Shown here one piece after another: positions 10,801-23,400 of a DNA stretch of 64,000 nucleotides. The stretch is taken from the NCBI GenBank assembly GCA_903813345.2, contig CAIIXF020000001.1, forward strand, positions 17,484,001 to 17,548,000, written 5' to 3'. Made by a program: the position numbers and the translations under genes. Positions within the stretch are counted from its first letter, which is position 1; every line of letters starts with the position of its first letter. The notes below the pieces were generated by a model. The model did no database searches and was not told where the DNA came from. It saw only the letters and a list, made by a program, of their open reading frames with translations. The DNA comes from Owenia fusiformis. Taxonomy: Eukaryota.

Positions 10801-13800
10801 GGTATAAATTCACATAGTTCTGATTACAATGAGAATTCTAAAAAAATTCCTGGCATTTCCTTTACTCTACGTTTATAATCACGTATCATGCTTATTAACT
10901 AGATCAATACAGACTCGATTTCCTTTGCCCACCTTCAACATTGTTATGTAATGACGGGAAACAGTCACTGTAATCTTCTAATCAGCCGTTTGTTTTTATT
11001 GTAATTAGGAAACTAAACAATTTTGATTTCATATTGTTTCAATGAACAAAAAAGCACATTAGTTCAGCATTTCAAGGAAGGGGGGGGGGTGTAAACAATT
11101 ACTGACTGTCAAGTACATGTATCTCTCACGAGGCCCTATTTCCACAACCCTCCACTCATGCATACGCCTATCATATAATGGATAGGGAAATATATAACAT
11201 TCCAACAGATACTGTCTGTGGACCTCCTACCCTTTTACACCGGGTCTCTTCTTGAACCCCTCCCATATTCTAATGTTTCTCGAAACTGCTCATGTAAACT
11301 TTGTAAGGCAATGCAGGGTTTGCTACGGGTGTGACTTGAAATGTATAACTTACTTGTACTTGTATAAGAAATAAAAACAAATAAACAAACATAAAAACTT
11401 GTGCTCATAATTAATACGGTGAAAAGCAACAAAACGTCAAAATAAAATTTTGAAGTTTCAAAAACAGCCATGCACTTAACCCTGCATTTTAGCTGAAATT
11501 AAATTTATTCCAAATAACTAATGTAACGAAATGGAAATGATTCGAAAAATAACAATTCCATGAACATTTCACAATGAAGCAAACAAAACCAGATAGTAAA
11601 GAATTATTCTAATTTAAACCGACGTGAAACCTCAACCCTAAAGACACTGGTGACATTTGAAAGACTAATTTCTTAATCTAATTTCAACATAACAAATCAA
11701 AACCTAAACAGGTTGACGGTCGTTCTAGTTAATAGACTCAGGCCCGTAGCCAGGGGGGGTTCGCAGAGTTCGGACGAACCCCCCCTGGCCAAAAATTCTT
11801 TCAAAATCATGCAGTTTTGCACCATTTTGAGCACTTCTCAAGTGATTTTAGCCATATTCGGGGCAAACTTGTCAAATGTGAACCCCCCCTGGAAATTTTT
11901 GAAAACTGAACCCCCCCCCTTGGCAAATCCTGGCTACGGGCCTGTAGACCATGCTAACAAAGTTTAAACATTTTATTTACGGCTTATTTAAAACATGCAA
12001 ACGGGTGTATTTACTGAAGGAATATGTTAGGAAATATATTTAAAGTGTATTCATGCCTGCAATCATCGCTGGTAACACCTGAAAAACAACTTCTTAAAAT
12101 ACAAACATAATTCACTGCACTGCTGTATACGTCTACCTGCTCTCAAATCTAATAATGAAACGAAAAAAATAATGCATGCCAAACTTTTATCTATTGTAAA
12201 ATTATCTATGGTTATTTCAAAGTTTTACTCTTGCATCAAGCAACTGTGCCATTTCCCCAACGGTCCTGTCTTTAAGGGCTAACACTTTACTTGAGGCAAG
12301 ATGCATAAACTTGAACTCCCTCAGGCCTGGGCTATAACTTGAAGAACGGCGTATTGTTCTTCAAACTGGACTTGAAATCTCAATTGTCACTGCTTGTGTG
12401 TCATACTCATTGGCACCTGCAAAACAGAATAATATAATAAGAATAACATCATGATGATATCAGATATCATATTTCATTTGGAGCCTTAAATATTAAACAA
12501 GGCATAAACATGAAAAATGTCACCACCCGCCATTTGTTACAGACGCTGAACGCCGAATCCAGACGCTAAACACCGTACATAAAAAAGTTGGAGACTTTAA
12601 CAATATGTGGCCACTTTTGGTGGTGACATAAAAAGGGGAAGTCCCGTCTAAATAAAACTCCTGATTTCAAGTTTTTTGTAAACATACACCATTGCATGTT
12701 GATGGTTGGCATGACCTGCAGGTCACGATGACAAATGAATGTTACGTTGTCAATAGAATATAGCGTTTGACCATCTCTGATCATAAAAATGAGTTGATAG
12801 AAATTCAAGTAACATGTATCAAGTTCATTTTATCACGGACTACAACTATTGATTCCAAATCTGGTTCACTGAACGCTCAATAATTAGTAGTAAAGCGTAT
12901 TTTATAGAGTCAGTAGTCTGGTGGCAGTTTCGAAATCCCGCGTTCGAACACTTAGTACTATAATACTCCTAGATCTTAATATAACAATACGGTTTTTGCA
13001 ATACGTTGTTTTTATTCACCTGTAGACGCACCTGGTGATCGGAAAATATGAACGGATCGGAGGGGGTGGGGTTGGCGAAGATTTGTTGAATTTTCTATCA
13101 AAAATGGGCTGACCTCCCTCCTCCGTTCATTTTGTCCGATCGCTGGGCGTGATATATAATGTATTGAACATTTTTATGTGTTTCTTATTGAATGAAATGT
13201 GTATTTTGGACTAATAATGTAATTCATAATAAATACAAGTATTTCAAGAATTGCCATACTGCACGTAAAACGGGTAGCCGTAGCTTCTTCACTGATGTAC
13301 GATCGGATATACTACATGTACTTAAAAAAGTTTTGTTGCGACTAATAAAACAGATCATCTTTAATGTAAAAATAACAGGTGCACTTCATTTAATCAATTT
13401 TAGATACTGTATTTAGTAATATTATAAATCCCAAACACAACAATTAAATGCATGTTTAAGTGTCAATTAGCCTATTAGAATAAATATATTAAAACTATTA
13501 TGAACAGATAATTCATTGATATGTATTTATTCAACTCTAATGGGCTTTTCTCTTTTAACTGCTACATGGCTCTCATTTTACAGATTTACAGATTTACAGA
13601 TTTCGAGCCATCAAAGTCAGATTAGGTGGAGCCCTTATCTCAATTAGAAAATAATATTGGTAAGGAAGTCAGACATGTTTGATACCATTTCTCATCTCTT
13701 TTCTGCTTTTAAAATACCGACTTGAATCACAATTTGTGTACGATCATTGCATCAGATCTGAAAATATCAATATTGTACTCACTGGTTTTGTGATCGAAAG

Positions 13801-16800
13801 GTAGTTTTTTCGTATAACAAATATATGAGTTATAGATTATATAATTTGTGTGTTTTTTATGAAAAATAACATGCTACCCGCAGGTGACAAATATTTTGAC
13901 CACAGCCGTGATACTGTTTTATTTAACTCGTATTTGAAAACAGATTGCGGAGAGACTGAATTGTTCATTTTCTTTTAAAAAATATACGACTGAAAACTTA
14001 CTTCGTCAAATTTTGGCCATTGCTATCCCCCCAGCACCCGGATACATTCCAATATAAAAATAAATTAACACCATCAAATCTTTTCATTCCAAAACACAAA
14101 ACGCCTAGGCGCGTGCCGGTGTGATTTCAGGCATGATCAGTACTGTACATTTCTTAGAAGAAATGAGATGTCATGGTTTATCATGATGCATTTTCCGATC
14201 CACGTTGGAGTTGGCCAATGCATCGAGGAGTGCACCGATCGACGTAGCCAGCTTTCAGTCAGAGATTTTTTGAGCGTTTTGGCTATTCATTGGATCCCAG
14301 ACAGTTATCTAATTCTCAGACATTTGATGAGTCTAGATATTTGTACTTCCTTTGACCAGTGAATGGTGTGACTGAAATTCGAATCTAATCTGTTTCATTT
14401 TTATGTAAATTGAAAGAAAATAAAGTTTTGTTTTTAATGTTTTAACAATCTTAACGTTATGCGTGCAGCGCAGCTTAATACGACAATCAAAGGAAAGAAT
14501 AAGAACATGTCTTTTATTTGTTATTTCAGCTCGTACAATATCCCCGTTATAAAACCAAAATACGCTCCTTGGTCATCGCAGAAATGGTCTTGCAACAAAC
14601 CTCTATGTGCCCGCTTGTCTCTGTAACTTAATAAATAAAAATAAAAAATACTAGATATAAAATACTTTATAAGAATGTGGTTTGCGTTATTTATTTATTT
14701 ATTCATTTATACGAACGCGCTCGTCTTTTGAACTGAGTATGGAAATACACCAAGCCAAGTGGCCATTAAGTAATAGTAATTATTGTACACGTATTGCTTT
14801 CCAAGAATTATTAATAAATGTACGTTCCCAAATAAAATAAAAATAGAAGAAGAATCTGGACAGAATTCCCACTTCTTGCAGTCGATCAATCCAATAAACA
14901 ATATCAAGTTTAAAATCAGACAATATGCGCCGGCCGTAAAAGCTTCTGAATTTAATAACAAAGTACATGTGACTGTGTAATTATATCCATTGATGTTGTA
15001 AACTAGACTACATGTAGGTTCAGGTAGAAACATATAAAACTGCTATATATCTCTGGTTAAAGCAAAACAATTAATTTAGCTTTTAATTATCGATCCTCTG
15101 TATATTACACGATCGACCAGGAATAATCGCCACTGTACAGTAGCATTCGATTTAGGCGGCTTTTATTAATTCATGAATTTTGTTCAAGAATATGATTTAA
15201 ATATAAAATACATTGAACAATTGCCGGTTGAATAAGACTCACAGTTGTCCTGTCTTAATTTTGCATCGATCGATGCATTCCTCGATCCACCGATGCACAT
15301 TGGACGTTGCATCGAGAAATGCGTCGGTCGTCGCATAAAACGTGCCGATCGGTGCATCGTTAAAATGCGCCGAGATGCATTTCGGCGCGCCGATGTTGCA
15401 TCGATCGTCGCATCGATCGTTGCACCGAACGGTGCGTCGATCGGTGCATCTATCGTCGCACCGAGGTGTGATGGCCGCTCTGGTCTGTACTGTACTTTAG
15501 AATGATACAATATCCAAAAGCCATTTGTTTTAATCTGAATCAGCTGATCTGCAGAACAAGTCCATAATTCAGTTTTCACCAGGGTGCACCCTATGCAGAC
15601 AGAGCCTGTGGGAAATATTGGGTGCGGCGCAAATGAGCGGAGGGTGCGGAGCTAACGGTCATTTTTGAATTTAAAATTGGGATATTTCTGAAACTTAGCC
15701 GTTTTGGGACTTCAAATATACCAAGATATGTGTATTTGACACCAAATATCAATAAAATTGTGAAAATAGTAGTGCAATTCATTTTATAGCGACACAGTAT
15801 GCTCCGCACCCTCCGCTCATTTGCTCAGCACCCAATATTTCCCACAGGCTCTGTCTGCATAGGGTGGGGTGTTAGAAATTGAAAAGACTCACCTAGGCTA
15901 CATTTTGCTGAGAATAAGATGATTGCCACCCAGTTAAGAATTCTTGAATATGCAAAGAATATTAACTTGTTTTGCAGATCAACTTCATTTACTAGTTTAC
16001 ATCTACATGTATATTTATTAAAACACCAGTTGGAAAGTCATGACACTACATTTCCTGCTTTTTCTACTTGCTAATATTCATTGCACATTTGAACATCTTA
16101 AGTCTTATACGAGTAAAATGAAACATTTAAATGTTTAAGGTGATTAAGACCCAAACTGTAAATTATAAAATCATAAAATTGGATGAGTAGTGAGACTTAC
16201 CAATCAGGATTGAAGGTTCTAAAGACTGATCAGTAGTTTTCAGTACTGTTGAGTAGTTCACACTGCCCAACTAGGATTGTGTGTGTTAACAATTTACATT
16301 TAAACTGAGGTAAAACACATAATATGACATCTCTCTGATTGTAGGTGCACAAGTCCGTCAAGTGACAACTCATTGTCCAAAGTTAGTTACATGGCCACTT
16401 GATCAGCTAAAGCACACTACGTTACAACTCTCAGACTTCTGTGGATTCACTGGATCTGAGCTGAAGGAAATGTTGCTCTTACATCCTAAGCTCTATTTAA
16501 CTGGTAAGTGGACTATCATCAAATTACAGTAAAACCTCTCTCTCTAGCGAACACCTGTATCTAATGAACGTCCCTTCTCAGTACATACGAGACTCCACTG
16601 ACTTCTGTATAAAATTACTTCTTTGTAGTGAACCACTGAACACCTACTTGAGTGAACACATTTTGTTGCTCTATGTACACAGTCCGTGTTCATTGTACAC
16701 AGGTTTTACTGTATGTCATCTAACTTCATTGAATCATGTCATGTCACATATAAGTAAGGTACAGTAGTCTTAGTTAATCTTATGTACATATAAATTATGC

Positions 16801-17280
16801 TCCAAATCTTTTTGTTCTGTATTTAAAATTGTCATATTCAGTTCAATTGTTCATAATTTCAAGTGGTGATGTATCTGTTCCATTGTGTATACTCCATGTC
16901 AATGTAAATTATGGCTTTCCTTGTCATTCATATCACACACGCTATAATATTGTTTGATTGTAACAAAGAAGTAATACTGATGTTTTCTTCTTTTTTCAGC
17001 TGAGAGCCATCTACTAGAGAGATTTGACTATGTACATAATACAATGAATATATCACATGAACTCATATCAAAATACTGCAGAGTTTTACGGACTAGGCTT
17101 AAAATTATCAAATCTCGTCATCTATTTCTGAAAAGCCTAAATAAAGATCAGTACGATCCTACCAAACCTAACTACATCTCACTGCAGGCCATTGTACTTC
17201 CATATTTGGACAATTTATGGTGCCGTGATATTGCTGATGTTCCAGTGCAAGAATATAATGACTTTTTGAAGACCCTGTGA
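7839..17280 (+). CDS. MTERF3: Mitochondrial transcription termination factor 3 (mTERF3), 414 aa; exons 7839-8346, 9018-9169, 9685-9829, 16345-16503, 17000-17280
   Basis: All introns GT-AG with consistent phases (1245 nt). Motifs LAPYVNNSETLSSLVKLGVDLSKLEK, DFERDIKPYIMFL, TRINYLESKKF, ERFDYVHNTM, RHLFLKSL..DQYDPTKPNYISL..EYNDFLKTL match mTERF3; basic N-terminus like a mitochondrial presequence; AATAAA at 17577 and 17901. Confidence 0.95.
8395..8835. mobile_element. Degenerate palindromic MITE in MTERF3 intron
   Basis: CAACAAACAAATAAAT..AATCACAAAA..ATGACTGCA mirrored by TGCAGTCAT..TTTTGTGATT..ATTTATTTGTTTGTTG. Confidence 0.6.
11739..11944. mobile_element. Short MITE with GC-rich TIRs
   Basis: TIR CAGGCCCGTAGCCAGG / CCTGGCTACGGGCCTG; flanks TAGACT / TAGACC (possible 5-6 bp TSD); related internal sequence at ~2540-2660 and ~42830-42990. 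Confidence 0.8.
12040..12776 (-). pseudogene. Antisense three-exon gene fragment of unknown protein with an in-frame TGA (exons 12688-12776, 12229-12416, 12040-12078), inside MTERF3 intron 3
   Basis: GT-AG sites with consistent phases; joined peptide ..DGQTLYSIDNVTFICHRDLQVMPTINMQWCANEYDTQAVTIEISSPV*RTIRRSSSYSPGLREFKFMHLASSKVLALKDRTVGEMAQLLDARVLPAMIAGMNTL*; no homolog recognised. Confidence 0.4.
12496..12633. mobile_element. Short Helentron/HINE-like non-autonomous element (AAACAAGGCAT...GGTGGTGACATAAAAA family)
   Basis: Same start and end motifs as 56725-56877 and 46952-48698; inserted in A/T runs. Confidence 0.6.
15263..15480. repeat. CpG-rich array of short palindromic GCATCGAT(C)G motifs, probably subterminal repeats of a DNA transposon
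   Basis: Repeated GCATCGATCG / GATCGGTGC motifs; related motif at ~14185-14245. Confidence 0.55.
15587..15866. mobile_element. MITE with CAC termini and 5-bp TSD (Transib-like)
   Basis: TIR CACCCTATGCAGACAGAGCCTGTGGGAAATATTGGGTGC (near-perfect to ~65 bp); TSD GGGTG (15582-15586 / 15867-15871). Confidence 0.8.
16527..16711. mobile_element. Tc1/mariner (pogo/Tigger-like) MITE
   Basis: TA|CAGTAAAACCT ... AGGTTTTACTG|TA. Confidence 0.8.
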
Positions 17281-18321
17281 GAAGACAGTTTAAGTGACAA
17301 AGGATAATAAGGATCAGTATGGATGTGCAGGTGTTGCAGTTCTCTAACATGACCCTTCTACAGTTTTGGTGTTCCACTATACATAATAATGAAAAATGCT
17401 ACCTGCAGTGAATGGTTAAAATTTAGTGAATTTTTCCAAATGGATGAATGCAATGTAAAACTCCATTCGGATACAACTGGATGATCTGGTTGATTCATAG
17501 TTTCCAAAGTTCTCCCCGTGAGTTCTTAGAAGATGAAAATTGCACAAAATTCAAATACTATATAAGTAACGTATGTAATAAAATAGAAAACCCAGGTTCT
17601 TAGAGGTTGAGTATCAAAATCTTCTAAAAATGAGTCTTCAGTGAGATTTCAAAGCTATACAGTATAGCAAATGGAAAATTATATGGCAGTAATCAATGTA
17701 CAGTGTAAATATATTTCTTATAATTATTAAAGAGAATCAGATCTAACAGGCATGTCTATCTTCACCAATTTATAACATATCATGAATCTTTTTTGAGATA
17801 TTGTATTTGAGATTGTAAGGAATAGTTTGGTAGGTCAAATGTACATGTTGCTTGTAATTTTGTCACCCCTATACATGTATATCTGATTCTTCCTTTAAGG
17901 AATAAATTTAATTGTGAATATCTCATGGAAATTCATATTCTTTGATGTCTTTATTTCAGTATTTACAAGAATATAATATCAAATGTAGTTCAAGATTAGA
18001 AAGATTGTCATTCCAAACAAATAGGAATAACAGCTACTATTCTAGTATTGCTGCATCTGTTCATTTCAGGGGGTCTACATGTCATGCTGGAATAACCTAA
18101 TATAGCTGTGAAGTTTGCTTATATTGTGACAATGGTATAAAGAGAATATTGTTGAAGTTGAGTCTATTACAAAAGTTGAAACAAAATGAATAATTGGCCA
18201 AAAATAAAAGATGTAAATAATTCCATTCACAGCTTGTTGTGTTTATTTCAATTATCCAAACACTAGACACAGAATGAACAATATGATAGACCCTCGAGTC
18301 ATATCAATCTATGCAACTTAA

Positions 18322-19077
18322 GGTGCCATGATACTTAACAGGAAATGACGAAACAGGAAGTGACAAAAATCTTTGCATTTTTAGACATTTTTTGAACAAT
18401 GATAACAAGAGTTCTGTTTTGACCTCCAGTCAATTCAACTAGTTCCACATACCATTTACAGGTCCAGGATCACAATGTTTATGGTCAGAATGACCCTAAA
18501 CATGATGAAATAACTTTTTCAGCCCTCTGAAAATGTGACTGAAAAATAGCTAAAAGTAGGAGCTAGGGAAGGTCACTGAACAGAATCTTTTGGATTTTGC
18601 AGAAAATGTGCCCAATATAATGCTCTAACTGATACAATCTTTAAAATTTTAGAAAATTGTCTGAAACAAAAATCGCGGTCATAAAAAGGAAAATAGATCG
18701 CTTTTCAAATCAATTTTCTTCAATTTTTTTCTTTTTCTATGAATGATATCAAATTTTCAAAGATTGTATCATTTAGATCAATATATTGGGCACATTATTT
18801 GAAAAATTCAAAAGATTCTGTTCAGGGACCTTTCCTAGCTCCTACTTTTAGCTATTTTTCCGTCACATTTCAGAGGGCTGAAAAGGTTATTTCATCATGT
18901 TTAGGGTCATTCTGACCATGAACATTGTGATCCTGCACCTGTAAATGGTATGTGGAACTAGTTGAATTGACTGGAGGTCAAAACAGAACTCTGTTATATT
19001 TGTTCAAAAGATGTCTAAAAATGCAAAAATTTTTGTCACTTCCTGGTTTGTCATTTCCTGTTAAGCATCATGGCACC
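18322..19077. mobile_element. Kolobok-type palindromic non-autonomous transposon
   Basis: TTAA TSD; termini GGTGCCATGATACTTAACAGGAAATGAC; ~330-bp inverted arms; internally deleted second copy at 29180-29728. Confidence 0.88.
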
Positions 19078-19093
19078 TTAAATTGTAGCCTAA

Positions 19094-19890
19094 CCCCCCT
19101 ATCACACCAAACTAGTTCTTACCCGATCTTGCCAGTCATACGAAAACGTCGTAAAACGCCTCAATCTGGCTTTGGTCGAGAAATATATCTGAAATAATTA
19201 GCTTCTTCGTTCTTAAACAGTCTTCAATACGTCCATCTCGTTCGCAGTTCGTTCAGGTCGCATCACGTCGGTGTGCAACGTCGTAGAACGCGTCCCTTAG
19301 TCTAGAAGGTCAACATGACCTGATTACAGAACTGTATGGTCGCCATCAAATTTTGAATCGATTCAAAATTCTAAAATCACATTCCCGTCTGAGAACGTTC
19401 ATAAAGTTCGTAAATAGACCTTAGAAAGTTGCAGCTACTTTCATTCCGTTCGCACACAGTTTAAAACCAGTTTTGAATAACGCAGTGGCAACTTGTTTGG
19501 TGTAATAGCTATATTTTTGCTAACTCGTTCATAAGCAGTGTTAAATACGTTCTTAATCAGTTTAAACCCGTTTGCAATTAGTTCTACCACATTCTCAACA
19601 CGTCCTCAGACAGTTCAACTCGTTGTTAAAACGTCCCTAGTAGGATTGAAGTACGACGGTTCCCTTCGTAGTACGTCCAGCTCGTCGTTAGTACGTTGTC
19701 ACTCATTCTAATTGTAGAACGTGACGACCACGAGAACATTTTGAGCATTGTCTAAGTTCTAGAGGACCTACCCGTTCGAGTATGTTCGATGACGTTTGTA
19801 AATAGATCCCAAACGGTTCTTAGTAGGTCCAATCCGTTCGTACACAGTTGAAGCCCGTTTTCGAGAATGTAGTTTGGTGTGATAGTAGGG
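19094..19890. mobile_element. PIF/Harbinger-type non-autonomous element
   Basis: TAA TSD (19091-19093 / 19891-19893); TIR CCC..CTATCACACCAAACTA / TAGTTTGGTGTGATAG..GGG; CpG-rich interior. Confidence 0.8.
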
Positions 19891-20467
19891 TAATCAATTA
19901 CAGTATAGCAATGATTTGGCTCGGAAGATGAAAACTAAATACCAAGAATGCCTACAATCAAATCAGCTCTTTATTACTCAGTATTCCAAAAAAATTCAAT
20001 CAATCTAAAGTATCCTGTAATTTGACATATGTTTGATACATCTTTCCACCAAATTATTTCAGTTATTTTCCAGATGAATGGATAGAGGGCTTTACTATAT
20101 CCCTATCGAACTTTGATTGTTGAGATAATAGAGTTAGTTTATCAAATCAATCTGCTATTTCAATTGTCTCGACTGCATAATGGTTATCCACTTGTCAATC
20201 AAAAGAAGATAAAATATAAATATTTTGTAAAATTTATTTTATTTTCTTTATTAAAGGCTAGAAGAATACAGTCATCCAAAAATAACATTGATCTCAGTTC
20301 TCAAAATGAGAAACATATGTCTTGGCTAATTCAGATTGAAATTGCAAAATTGTCCTTCTTGATCTAACAATTTATATTTGGCAAAGTGATATTTGGAGGA
20401 ATGAAATAGTTAGGATGCAGTCCTTTATACTAATCATTGTTGTAATTAGTGTCCATGATCTGGTCTC

Positions 20468-23400
20468 CTAGATTTTCTGGAAGGCAGCTACATCCACACT
20501 TTGGACCTGAAATATACAATGAATTTTAATTAGTTACGGATAAGAAAATAAATGTTAAAATGGGAGTCACGTCTTACTTCCCAGTACAGTTAATTCTTGA
20601 ACAATACTAGACATAAGCAACGCCAAAGCGTAGCAAATCCCATCGAATGGCCATGGCTGGCATTTTTACAAACGAAGTATATAGCAAAAATCGAAAAATA
20701 ACACACAAGAAATGGCCACCATTATAGCCATTATAGGCGTGTAAAGGCCACCATTTTTCAAGATGGCTGCCATGTGCTCCTTCGATACCGATTGGAGACT
20801 TCAGAAGAGTTTCCCATAGATGACCATTATAGCATTAGAATGGTTAAAATACTTACAAAATCTTCAAATGCACATATATTTTCTTCCAAGAAATCAGTTC
20901 CAACTTTGTCATCCTCTACGACAGCAGCAATCTGAAGCTTCTTAATACCATAGCCAACTGGAAGCAGCTTAGCTGAAACACATACAACTAACAGTTAGCT
21001 CTGCATAAAAGGAACACCTTGCACATTTGGTGAAATAGATAGTTCTTCATAACGGGTTTTTATGATTCAGCCCACCTACAATAGGATTTACTCAATAAGT
21101 ATAGGGCTGTTACACATAATCGATAGTGCATTTTATATTGATTCCACGCATACAATATATGTAATATACAGTATATGAAAAGAGTACTCACAGGCACCCC
21201 AGAGGAGACCATCCTTTTGAACAGACCGCACCAGTTTCTCCATCTCTGCCATGTCAGTTTCATCATCCCAAGGTTTCACATCCAGAATAATGTTTGACTT
21301 GGCAATAAGAGCAGGCTCTGTAATAAATGTAAAGATTTCATGTTATGTTGCATGTTGGAATTTTCAGAACATGTTTTAGGATCTACGTCAACACTAAAAA
21401 TGTTTATCAAGAATTATTTACACAAGCTCAATCAATCTTGTAAACATGAAATATTCTGATCCCCGCAAATTGTAGTCCACCTTTCGATTGATCTAAATGG
21501 AGACCTTATTAAAACTATTTTCTTCACACCTTAATACTTCATCGGGCAAATAAAACCCAGTGAGGTGAATAGTCCATAGAGAACAATAATTTTACATGTT
21601 TCATATACACATTCTTCAAAACAGTGCTAACTTTAACTACCTAGTATCTGTAAATGTCTGACATAGCTAAGATTCATTTAAATTGTGAATCATTTCAATA
21701 TTTAAAAGAAACTTTCTCAGTTATAAACACGAACTTAACTTACTTTTTCCCTTCTTTTCTTGGTATTTCTTGACAAGGTCAGCTTTCTTTGCCTCCAATT
21801 CCTCATCTTCGCTCTCATCACTGCCAAAGAGATCAATATCATCATCGCTATCATCATCTTCATCAGCTTTGGATGGTGCAGCTGCCTTCTGCCAGTAAAG
21901 AATGAGAATAGAACAAAAATATATAAATTGTCTGTCTTAAAGTTTCATTCTAAGTATCCGCCCTTCACCCTTTATATCCTCCTACATGATTTCTAAGGAG
22001 TCTCTGCAAGGTTAGCTTGAGTGCTATTGTATTTTTCTTTCAGATTATGTATATACTGCTGGAATTATACTGGGAAAATATTTCCTTAAAAACACTTATT
22101 TTTGCTCGATCCAATCCACCTTTTAATCTTTACCATTATGTATGGACAAATAAACAAGATGATTCTATCATGATTCTTCCTCAGTTCATGGGTTAGGTGG
22201 ATCATTGGGAAGCAAGGGAGGTGTATTACCGAATAAGGGAAATAGATCCAACTAAAAGTGAAAAAGCGAATGACCAATTTCAAAATCAACCCCAAAAAGC
22301 TTACAGGTACAAACAGGGATATCGACCAATGGGTCATCTGACCATCTGAATATTTACTTAAAAATATGATTTGCACAGTTGATGGTATGATGTAGGCGTA
22401 ACTGCTTCTAATAATAAAGGCAGACTTACAGGAGCGGCGACAGCTGGTGGCTTGGTGCCACTGGCACTCTCTAGGGCAGCTACACGGCTCGTAAGTGCAC
22501 CAATCAGAGATCTCAGATCAGCAGCAACTGTGACACAAAAGATGAGAAACCGGAGTAAATTAACAATTTTACACTGAAAGTAATTTATTTCTATATTTGG
22601 CAATGTTTTTTTCTGAAATCATTTTTGTCTGAATATATATAAATTGACAACAAATGAGTTATTTAGTGTCTTACCTAGTTTTGATAAAGCCCTCATTAAC
22701 CCCCCCCCCCCCCCCTACGACAAATCTCCCTCTTTCTCTCATGTTCAAGTTGAAAAGACGGAAGGGTCAAGAGACTTGAAGCAAGACCATGCCTTACCTT
22801 GTCTTAGAGCTTGGTTTTCCTGTTCCACATTGTTCAGCCTGTTGATAACCTCGCTATTATCAACTCCTACACCAACAGCAAGTCCTTGACCCTACAACAC
22901 ATTAAGAGATCTAAATTGAATCAACCAAACCAACTGTACAAAAATATTGTTGCCTTAAGAAGCTAGGATTCTGACAATATAATGCACATTCTATGTGCAC
23001 ACAAACGTATGGATGCAAGACATATTATTAAGTTTCCATATAACAACATGTCATGATAAACCTTAGAGTTAGTAACTCATATTTAAATTAGCCTGTTGTT
23101 ACATCTAAAATTAAGTTGACTTCAAGAAACTTATATTACATTAAACAATAATTACATAAAACTATTGTAATAAGATTTAGACTTAGAATATCAAAGCAGC
23201 TATTGCTTATCAAAGCCATCACCCTTAAGAATCACACTACTACAAACAGCACATTAAGTACAGGCCAGGGTAAATTAAACATAAATAAAGTACTACTTTA
23301 CAAATGATGAATTGAGAAAAATCATATAAATATCAAGGAACATAGTTTTATTCTCAACTCATCATATCGGCATTTTTAGGTGTGACTAGTAATTAACTTA

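Noticed and set aside
15184-15579. ORFs with IDA/ASI repeats on both strands
   Set aside because: They arise from CpG-rich palindromic repeats; no splice context or known domain.
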